Shown here in pieces: positions 1 through 7,605 of a stretch of DNA of 64,000 nt. The stretch is from positions 1,611 to 65,610 of the forward strand of contig JAHYIS010000009.1 in NCBI GenBank assembly GCA_019429385.1, read 5' to 3'. The translations under genes and the position numbers were made by a program. The notes below the pieces were generated by a model that did no database searches, had not been told where the DNA came from, and worked only from the letters and a program-made list of their open reading frames with translations. Position 1 is the stretch's first letter. The number at the start of each line of letters is the position of its first letter. Source of the DNA: ANME-2 cluster archaeon. GTDB lineage: Archaea; Halobacteriota; Methanosarcinia; Methanosarcinales; Methanocomedenaceae.

Positions 1-249
1 ATCATTGGCAAGAAACTGTCAGATGAAGGAATGGATGCCAAACTCTTTGAAGGGGCTCTTGATATAAAAGAGAATGTGAATCGACGGTCAGCAGTAGGCG
101 GGCCTGCACCCCATGAAGTGAGCCGGATGATCAATGACAGGACTTATGTCCTTATGCAGGAAATTGACACGCTTATGGAGCATGTAAATGTTGTACAGGA
201 TGGTATGAAGCGGCTCGATGATGTGAAGCAGTCATACATGTGGAGATAG
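1..249 (+). CDS. 3' end of an unidentified CDS, open from the window edge
   Basis: Frame 1 is open from base 1 (IIGKKLSDEG precedes the first Met). The stop lies 3 nt before gatD. No family recognised. Confidence 0.4.
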   Translation: MIGKKLSDEGMDAKLFEGALDIKENVNRRSAVGGPAPHEVSRMINDRTYVLMQEIDTLMEHVNVVQDGMKRLDDVKQSYMWR

Positions 250-252
250 AAC

Positions 253-1506
253 ATGGTAATCGTTGAAGGTGACATTGTTTCAGCCAGGTGCGATGGCAAT
301 ACTTACGAGGGGGTGCTGATGCCTTCTACTACCGGCAAAACGGTCGTGAAACTGAAAAACGGATATAATATCGGTCTTGAACCCGAAAATGTTACGCTGG
401 AACTTATCGATAAGAAAAGTGAACTGAAAGGTCCGAAGATAGGACTGCCTGCCCCGGACCCTAAACTACCCAATATATCTATCCTTTCAACTGGCGGCAC
501 GATAGCGAGTAAGGTGGATTACCGCACAGGGGCCGTGACCAGCCAGTTCTCGGCAGAAGATATCCTGCTGGCCATCCCCGAACTTACCGAGATTGCCAAT
601 TACCATGCAAGGGTATGTTACAGTATCTTATCTGAGAACATGCGGCCCGAATACTGGGTGAAGCTTGCTGAGGAAGTGTACAATGAAATAAAAGCCGGTG
701 CAGATGGTGTTATCATCACTCATGGCACTGATACCATGATGTACACGGCTGCAGCCATTGCTTTTATGGTCAAGACACCCGTACCCATAGTGTTCGTAGG
801 CAGCCAGCGCAGTGCTGACCGTCCCAGCAGCGATAATGCCATGAACGCTATATGTGCGGCAAAAGTGGCGGTAAGTGATATTTCCGAGGTCACGGTGGTG
901 ATGCACGGGAGCACATCAGATGATTTCTGCCATATCCACAGGGGTGCAAAGGTCAGGAAGATGCATACCAGCAGGCGGGATGCGTTCAAGTCCATCAATG
1001 CAAGACCTGTGGGCAGGGTGGAATATCCTTCAGGAGAGATAGATACGTACCTGGACTATAAGCGGCGTGGCGAGCAGGAACTGTCTATCAATACCAATAT
1101 CGAACCCAGGTGTACTCTTGTTAAATATACCACCGGCGCAAGTCCGGAGATGTTATTGTTCGCATCTGCCAACTACAAGGGCATAGTGCTGGAAGGTACG
1201 GGACTTGGGCATGTATCTACTGAATGGGTGCCGTATATTGAAAGAGCCACGCAGGCAGGAGTACCTGTGATTGTGACCAGCCAGTGTATCGATGGCAGGG
1301 TGTGCGACCGGGTGTATGATACCGGGCGGGACATCCTGAGGGCCGGTGCAATGGAGGGGGAGGATATGCTGCCGGAGGTGGCACTGGTGAAGTTGATGTG
1401 GGCGCTGGGGCAGACCGGTGATATTGATGAGGTCAAAAAGCTCATGTCTACTGATATGGCAGGTGAAATGACCAGGAGTTCCCGGACCTGGGGCGTTCAT
1501 TCATAA
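253..1506 (+). CDS. gatD: Glu-tRNA(Gln) amidotransferase subunit D (asparaginase-type)
   Basis: 417 aa. Asparaginase motifs [18 protein letters not shown] and ITHGTDTM follow the typical GatD N-terminal beta domain. Confidence 0.9.
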   Translation: MVIVEGDIVSARCDGNTYEGVLMPSTTGKTVVKLKNGYNIGLEPENVTLELIDKKSELKGPKIGLPAPDPKLPNISILSTGGTIASKVDYRTGAVTSQFSAEDILLAIPELTEIANYHARVCYSILSENMRPEYWVKLAEEVYNEIKAGADGVIITHGTDTMMYTAAAIAFMVKTPVPIVFVGSQRSADRPSSDNAMNAICAAKVAVSDISEVTVVMHGSTSDDFCHIHRGAKVRKMHTSRRDAFKSINARPVGRVEYPSGEIDTYLDYKRRGEQELSINTNIEPRCTLVKYTTGASPEMLLFASANYKGIVLEGTGLGHVSTEWVPYIERATQAGVPVIVTSQCIDGRVCDRVYDTGRDILRAGAMEGEDMLPEVALVKLMWALGQTGDIDEVKKLMSTDMAGEMTRSSRTWGVHS

Positions 1507-1531
1507 TACTTTTTGGAATTGGAGGGTTACC

Positions 1532-2077
1532 ATGAACGACGAAACTAAAACACCAAAATTTATATTCAACTGCACAGAATGCGGGAAATGTTGCGAAAGG
1601 GACGTAATAATTTATATCGATGACATAAGGGACTGGATAGAACACGGATTGATGTATACAGTACTGCCTGTGCTGTCTATTGTGGGGGAATACGGGTCGG
1701 TCGCTATGCAGCTTGACAAGCAGACCCAGGATGAAAGGATTATCTGCGCCCTGTATGATCTTGAGAATAACTCCTGTACCCTGGAGGATAACAGGCCACT
1801 CTCCTGCCGCTCGTTCCCGCTGGGATATAATGGCAAGAATTACATTGTGGTGGATATGGACTGTCCGGGCCTGGGCCAGGGTAGTATGACCGCTGAACAA
1901 CTGGCCCGTATGCGTGAGATTGCAAAATCGGATTATGAGAGCAAGCACCGGACCCAGGCAGTATTGCCAATGCTCCAGGCATTGTTCATCAAGCAGTTTT
2001 CCATGGAATCCCAGAAGGCTATGGAAAAATTGTCTCCTGAAAAGAGGGCTGAGCTTGAAAAGTTATTGAAGGAATAA
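1532..2077 (+). CDS. YkgJ/UPF0153-type cysteine-cluster (CxxCxxCC) protein
   Basis: FNCTECGKCCERD near the N-terminus, plus NNSCTLEDNRPLSCRSFPL as the second half of the metal-chelating domain. Confidence 0.75.
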   Translation: MNDETKTPKFIFNCTECGKCCERDVIIYIDDIRDWIEHGLMYTVLPVLSIVGEYGSVAMQLDKQTQDERIICALYDLENNSCTLEDNRPLSCRSFPLGYNGKNYIVVDMDCPGLGQGSMTAEQLARMREIAKSDYESKHRTQAVLPMLQALFIKQFSMESQKAMEKLSPEKRAELEKLLKE

Positions 2078-2334
2078 CAAGAAAGCATCATTCGGTCGGA
2101 TGAACTGTTCTTGTGCGATCCGACCGTTCATACTGAAAGTAACTCCGCACGTCTTCGACAGGTATTGCTGAGGTTTGAAGATACATTAATAGTAACTGTG
2201 TGTGGACATAACATCAACAAACTTCCTTGCTATTATGTCCCAGGTACCTGCTCCTCTTGCCAGGGTGAAATCTCAGGCACAGGAACAAAAACAAATAATT
2301 TTTATAGATAACTGGTTCATGCGGTGTATTGTTT

Positions 2335-2793
2335 ATGAAGACGTTAGACAGTGATGACAAAGGCATAGTAGAGCCAAACTCTGATGTGGTAGCAATGGTG
2401 CTAACAGTCATTGGTTTTATTATCTTTATCTCTCTTGTTGCCAATACCTATCATGTGTACCAGGAGAAGACGTATATTGCACAACATTATGACGATGCTG
2501 CCGGTCTGGCAGGGCTGCTCAGGAACGAGCCCCTGCTAACGGCACCAGGCAGGCCAGACCTGATAGATGCTGGCAGGGTTGAATCCCTGACACCTGGAGA
2601 CATTGAATGGTTGAAGGGAAAGTACGGGACACACTATGGTTTTTCATTTAAGGTCGAAGTGCCGCCAATGTACCGTAAGGTGGTTGGAACGGCTGAAGAG
2701 CTGGGTGTATCGGCATCGGTGCCTGTGACCATCAGGTTGAACGAGGTCGATGAACTGCCCGGTACCTTGACGGTCAAAATATGGGAGAAATAA
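2335..2793 (+). CDS. membrane-anchored hypothetical protein
   Basis: The ATG at 2335 lies inside a TTG-started ORF. It has one N-terminal hydrophobic helix (VVAMVLTVIGFIIFISLV). It ends 2 nt before the next gene. Confidence 0.5.
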   Translation: MKTLDSDDKGIVEPNSDVVAMVLTVIGFIIFISLVANTYHVYQEKTYIAQHYDDAAGLAGLLRNEPLLTAPGRPDLIDAGRVESLTPGDIEWLKGKYGTHYGFSFKVEVPPMYRKVVGTAEELGVSASVPVTIRLNEVDELPGTLTVKIWEK

Positions 2794-2795
2794 CT

Positions 2796-3974
2796 ATGGC
2801 TGATATAGTCCGTGATACCCGTGGTTTTTCCAGCTCAATTGACGCTTTACTGTTCCTGGTGCTGGTGTCGGTCAGTGCAGTACTGCTGGCTCCGGTCATG
2901 GTGGGCGGCACCCAATTGTCTGCGCTGCATGATTCGAATGTGGTAGAGCATAATTCACAGGTGCTGCTGTCACTGCAAAACGGCAGGGTGGATGATTTTT
3001 CCTATGCCGTGGGTGGTGCCCAGATGGACTACCTGGTGAACGAGACCCTTGGCCCCGGTGCTGTGGAATCAGGCATCTACCAGACTGGTAAGGAAATGGT
3101 GGCGGGACGGGAATTGAAGCACAAGACATTTGCCGACCTTGCCAGCGAATCAGTAGCCGCACAGTTCACGATATACCATGACGGCCGGAATGTCAGGCTG
3201 AACCTCCTGATGGATGAGTACAGGGCCAATATAAATGCACAGATGCAGGATTACCTTGACGGGCAGATAGGAGACCGGTATTATTACAATGTCTCTGTGG
3301 TATGGAGACCGTTTCAGAACGTGCCTGTTGGCGGTGAGACTCGTATTGGACCGCCGGTGCCAGATACAGCCTTTGTGGAGAGTTCATGGATCACCATGCC
3401 GTATCATACTGAATTTACCCGGTATCATGTAGAGGAGGTGATCGATGGTGAGCTTGAGGCCATTGGTCTTGACCTGGAGAAAGCCAGTGAGGTACCCAGA
3501 AAGAAGACAGAAGAGTTGATTGCCGGGCATATCAACAATGCAATAAACAGTACTGTGGACGAGGCAGTGGCAGTTATTGTGGATATGACCATCAAACAGA
3601 CCGTTGAGAAAATACAGACCGCCATCAACCAGCAGGTGGATAATGCGGTGCCTGGGAATAATTCGGGCATCAGTGATATTATCCTTGATGAGATACTGGC
3701 TGAATTGAAACGTGACCCGGGATTTATTGAGAATACCAGCCTGGCGCTCAGCGAGCAGATAACGGTGTATCTGCAGGATGTGGTAAGGGAGGAAGTGCAC
3801 GGGGTTGTTGCGGATGAGGTGAATGCGCTGGCTTCTGATATCACTGACCAGTATGTGAGCAATGCTGCCACCATTGAGGAAGCTAAGAATGAGGTGCTGG
3901 ACTATGTGTTCTCGAGGATCAATCTGAGCAGGGCAAGGATGACGCTGGCGATGTGGGATAAGAATAGTTCATAA
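2796..3974 (+). CDS. large protein with an archaeal class III (type IV pilin-like) signal peptide
   Basis: N-terminus MADIVRDTRG/FSSSIDALLFLVLVSVSAVLL: a short charged leader, RG, then a hydrophobic helix. GGGAGA sits 8 nt upstream of the ATG at 2796. The C-terminal part is helical and rich in A/V/E/D. Confidence 0.55.
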   Translation: MADIVRDTRGFSSSIDALLFLVLVSVSAVLLAPVMVGGTQLSALHDSNVVEHNSQVLLSLQNGRVDDFSYAVGGAQMDYLVNETLGPGAVESGIYQTGKEMVAGRELKHKTFADLASESVAAQFTIYHDGRNVRLNLLMDEYRANINAQMQDYLDGQIGDRYYYNVSVVWRPFQNVPVGGETRIGPPVPDTAFVESSWITMPYHTEFTRYHVEEVIDGELEAIGLDLEKASEVPRKKTEELIAGHINNAINSTVDEAVAVIVDMTIKQTVEKIQTAINQQVDNAVPGNNSGISDIILDEILAELKRDPGFIENTSLALSEQITVYLQDVVREEVHGVVADEVNALASDITDQYVSNAATIEEAKNEVLDYVFSRINLSRARMTLAMWDKNSS

Positions 3975-4168
3975 ATACGTACCTGGATGACGAAATAAGG
4001 GACCATGGATAAAAATTAAAGTGGAAGAGCTGACCGATTTACGTCATTACATTCATGACGGTTCACGGGAAGGATTGCTCAAACAAAAGGGTGGGTATAC
4101 GTTTAACAAATACCATCTAATCATATAGGGAAAGTTTTTTTAATATTACATCAGGTAATGATACGATA

Positions 4169-5230
4169 ATGAAGCACGTTCCACTTTTAATTATAACATT
4201 CATACTGATCATTTCAGCAATTGGACCCGCTGTATCAGAACCCGTTGTCAATATCACATCGCTCTTCTCTGATGAACATTCCATGGATGTGACCCTGCGC
4301 TCGGGCAGTGAACCCGTCCAGGGACAGGTGGTATTCAAGCTAATGCACAAAGCCGATGTCCTTGAAACTCGAACACTGGATTTTGAGATGGATGCCAAAA
4401 CCGAGACCACGAAGATAATCATGTGGGAGACCCGGCCACAGTTCGAGACCTATGTTGCCATAGCCAGTGTATATGTGAACGGGGAACCCGTAGCACAGAA
4501 CTCGTATCCCTTTTCGTATGGATTTGTTGTGCTGCCACGATTCCAGGTGGTAGACCTGAGCGCGGACAGTAGCGGACTTGACCTGCTGGTAAAACCCAGG
4601 AGTGTGAACAACCCTGGAGTAGCTGATTTCAAATTCCAATTGGTCAAGGATGGAGACATCATTTATTCACAGACGAAGAATAACATTCCCATCATACAAT
4701 CCACGCAGGTGTCTCTCAACTGGCCCATCCTGCTGGATGACCATACCGATTACATGGTGCGCGTTAAAGCATATTCCCATATCCCGAACATCACATCCTC
4801 CTACGTGACCCGCTTCACTTCCCGACAGGAGGTTGAAATTGACAAGAATGATGTGGAGGTTGACGATTTTGGCGCCAGTGTGACCCTTTTTGGGCGCTCA
4901 CAGGTACCCTTTGACGGTACCGTGGAAGTGCAGCTCCAGAACAATAGGGGCAACCCCCTTGTTTTCACAGGCAGTCCTGAAATACTGACCCTGAACAGGG
5001 ATGATACCGTGGGAATCCTCTGGGATGGCATAGCTCCGGGCACGTATCACGTGTACATCCTGGTTAAAACACTGGACCTGGAAATACTGGACCGCTATGA
5101 GACCGTGCTTTTAATACCTGAACCTATTAACCCAATAAACCAGCCTACTGCAACACAGACGCCAGGTTATGGGGTGTTGATGGGGATACTGGGTATCATT
5201 ACAATGGCCGCAGCGATGAGAAAGAAGTAA
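4169..5230 (+). CDS. secreted cell-surface protein with a PGF-CTERM-like sorting signal
   Basis: N-terminal signal peptide (MKHVPLLIITFILIISAIGPAVS). About three beta-rich modules. C-terminus QPTATQTPGYGVLMGILGIITMAAAMRKK: Thr-rich linker, PGY, TM helix, basic tail. Confidence 0.6.
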   Translation: MKHVPLLIITFILIISAIGPAVSEPVVNITSLFSDEHSMDVTLRSGSEPVQGQVVFKLMHKADVLETRTLDFEMDAKTETTKIIMWETRPQFETYVAIASVYVNGEPVAQNSYPFSYGFVVLPRFQVVDLSADSSGLDLLVKPRSVNNPGVADFKFQLVKDGDIIYSQTKNNIPIIQSTQVSLNWPILLDDHTDYMVRVKAYSHIPNITSSYVTRFTSRQEVEIDKNDVEVDDFGASVTLFGRSQVPFDGTVEVQLQNNRGNPLVFTGSPEILTLNRDDTVGILWDGIAPGTYHVYILVKTLDLEILDRYETVLLIPEPINPINQPTATQTPGYGVLMGILGIITMAAAMRKK

Positions 5231-5233
5231 GGG

Positions 5234-6361
5234 GTGGGATTTGTGTTCGACATTATCCTGAGAAATTTATCCCAGCGCAAGGTCAGGACAGGACTGACCG
5301 TGTTCGGGATAGCCCTGGGCATATTTGCAGTTATTGTTATGGGCTCGATGTCCGAGAACTTCAACCAGACCTTCGAAACCTCATTTTCACTGACCGCAGA
5401 TAAAATCCGTGTGTTCGGTTCAAGCGGTGTGTTCGGCGGGAGTGTAACTACCGGCAAAGCGGCAGATGTCAGGAAAGTACCCGGAGTAAAGGATGCTTAC
5501 GGACTGTTAATGGCACCGCTGGAAGAAGGGGGGGCAATGAGTTTCGGTGGTAACCAGATAGTGGGATTGCCGCCTGAAAAATCCCAGACCGTACTGGACC
5601 CTGTCAGGGTTAAGGAAGGGAGGTTCCTTATGAGGGGGGACCGGTACGAAACGGTGATTGGCACCAGTATTGCGACCCAGTACAAAATTGGCGTGGGAGA
5701 CCGTCTCGAGATACGGGACAAGTACTTCACCGTGGTCGGCGTGCTGGAATATACGGGTAGTTTTTTTGATTCCTCTGCAGCCGTTCCTCTTGACATTGCC
5801 CAGGATGTTTATGATATGGGTGACATGGTCTCCATGATATTTGCCATTCCCGAGGACGGGGTTGACGGTGACGTGCTGGCCAGGCGTATCAAGCTCAGCG
5901 TGGAAGGAGTGGATACGCTCTCGCCCACTGAACTGGAAAAAGAAGCGAGGCAGAGCCTGATGATATTCTCTGTTATTACGGTCAGCGCTGCGGTCCTGGC
6001 CGCGATTATCGGCGGCCTGAGCGTCATGAACACCATGCTAATGTCGGTGATGGAGCGGACCAAGGAGTTTGGCATATTAAAGGCAATGGGAGCCGAGGAG
6101 GGTGATATCCTGATGATGACGGTTGGGGAAGCTGCCATAATGGGTCTGTTGGGGGGGCTGCTGGGACTGGCCTGTGGATGGGGTGTCGTGTATGCCATGA
6201 ACATGTGGCTGGCCGGGAAAGGGATCGTTTTGTTCCTTATCACACCCAGGCTCGTGATCATTGCCATGCTGTTCGCTATATTGCTGGGTACTCTCTCGGG
6301 CATCTACCCGGCCCTGCGGGCTTCCCGCATGAGTCCTATGGAGGCCCTGCGGTATGAATAG
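5234..6361 (+). CDS. ABC transporter permease, FtsX/MacB family
   Basis: N-terminal RNLSQRKVRTGLTVFGIALG helix, a large extracytoplasmic loop and a C-terminal 3-TM FtsX domain. The start is uncertain (GTG at 5234 or 5243). Confidence 0.8.
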   Translation: MGFVFDIILRNLSQRKVRTGLTVFGIALGIFAVIVMGSMSENFNQTFETSFSLTADKIRVFGSSGVFGGSVTTGKAADVRKVPGVKDAYGLLMAPLEEGGAMSFGGNQIVGLPPEKSQTVLDPVRVKEGRFLMRGDRYETVIGTSIATQYKIGVGDRLEIRDKYFTVVGVLEYTGSFFDSSAAVPLDIAQDVYDMGDMVSMIFAIPEDGVDGDVLARRIKLSVEGVDTLSPTELEKEARQSLMIFSVITVSAAVLAAIIGGLSVMNTMLMSVMERTKEFGILKAMGAEEGDILMMTVGEAAIMGLLGGLLGLACGWGVVYAMNMWLAGKGIVLFLITPRLVIIAMLFAILLGTLSGIYPALRASRMSPMEALRYE

Positions 6362-7043
6362 TGCTAAACCAGACATTATTTTGAAGACCCGCGGCCTGAA
6401 AGAGACTTACATGCAGGGTAAGGTGCCGGTACATGCATTGCAGGGTGTGGACCTGGAAGTGAAACGAGGTGAATTGATAAGTATCGTGGGCCCCTCAGGT
6501 TCCGGGAAATCTACCCTGCTGTCGATCATCGGCATGCTGGAGACCCCTACCGAAGGCGAGGTGTTCATTGACGGCGTGGAGGTGACCGGGGTCAAGACGA
6601 AGGAGATACCAAGGCTGCGCCGCGAAAAGATAGGGTTCGTGTTCCAGCACTTCAACCTGCTGCCCGCACTGACCGCACTGGGTAATGTGGAGATAGCCAT
6701 GAGGTTTGCCAGGGTACCCAGGAAAGAGCGGATACGGCGGGCCACTGAGGTGCTGACCGAAATGGGATTGGGTGAACGTTTGAACCATAAACCATCCGAA
6801 TTGAGCGGGGGGGAGCAGCAGAGGGTGAGCATCGCCAGGGCACTGGCCAACAAGCCTTCAATTATTCTGGCTGATGAGCCTACCGGGGAAGTGGATACCA
6901 GGACGAGGGACCTTATAGTGGGTATCTTGCGGCGGCTGTCTGATGGCGGGCAAACGGTGATCATAGTTACGCATGATATGTGGGTGGCTGAGCGGACAGA
7001 CAGGGTTATCAGGCTGGTCGACGGGATGGTGGAGGGTTCATGA
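6354..7043 (+). CDS. ABC transporter ATP-binding protein (MacB/LolD-like)
   Basis: Walker A GPSGSGKST, signature LSGGEQQR, Walker B ILADEPTG. It overlaps the permease gene by 8 nt. Confidence 0.9.
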   Translation: MNSAKPDIILKTRGLKETYMQGKVPVHALQGVDLEVKRGELISIVGPSGSGKSTLLSIIGMLETPTEGEVFIDGVEVTGVKTKEIPRLRREKIGFVFQHFNLLPALTALGNVEIAMRFARVPRKERIRRATEVLTEMGLGERLNHKPSELSGGEQQRVSIARALANKPSIILADEPTGEVDTRTRDLIVGILRRLSDGGQTVIIVTHDMWVAERTDRVIRLVDGMVEGS

Positions 7044-7101
7044 CTTTGGATCATTTCGGTACTTCATGCTGTGAACACTGAAAAGCAATGATTTAAATAT
7101 C

Positions 7102-7467
7102 ATGATTGAAAGTGTAATATCTGTGAATGAAATGGCAGGACTTTGCATATCCGAAGATTCAACGGCTAAGGAACTTGAACCACTCGCCATCGCCATCTAC
7201 GGCGTGGTCGGACTCCCCACCACCATGAGGAGTAAGAACCATAAAGGAGTACGGATAGAGAACAACAAGGTAGTAGATTATGATTATACCGGTCCGTATC
7301 TCGAAGAAGCTCTGAGCACGGGTAACATATTCCATGGATTTGCCACCCGTGGACCATATAAGGGCATGCCTGTTATTGTATCACCGATCAAGAACCGTGA
7401 GGGTGAGACAATCGCTGTTCTGGGGACCGTTAACCTGTCAGGTTACATCGATCTGAAACGGTTCTGA
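7102..7467 (+). CDS. conserved hypothetical protein (family uncertain)
   Basis: 121-aa ORF with protein-like composition and no membrane segments. I did not recognise the family with confidence. Confidence 0.5.
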   Translation: MIESVISVNEMAGLCISEDSTAKELEPLAIAIYGVVGLPTTMRSKNHKGVRIENNKVVDYDYTGPYLEEALSTGNIFHGFATRGPYKGMPVIVSPIKNREGETIAVLGTVNLSGYIDLKRF

Positions 7468-7515
7468 AACTAATCATTGATCTGGGACATCATTCATCGT
7501 TCCAAACCAATTTTT

Positions 7516-7605
7516 AATTTACCTTATCCTAATTTACCTTATCCTAATTTACCTTATCCTAATTTACCTTATCCTAATTTACCTTATCCTAATTTACCTT
7601 ATCCT
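7516..7605. repeat. perfect tandem repeat, 6 x 15 bp (AATTTACCTTATCCT)
   Basis: Six identical units read directly at 7516, 7531, 7546, 7561, 7576 and 7591. The last unit overlaps the 3' end and stop of the minus-strand UPF0182 gene. Confidence 0.95.

Noticed and set aside
2111-2311. 66-aa ORF between the YkgJ-like gene and the pilin-like pair
   Set aside because: It has a non-ATG start, no RBS and no recognisable domain. It is probably intergenic.
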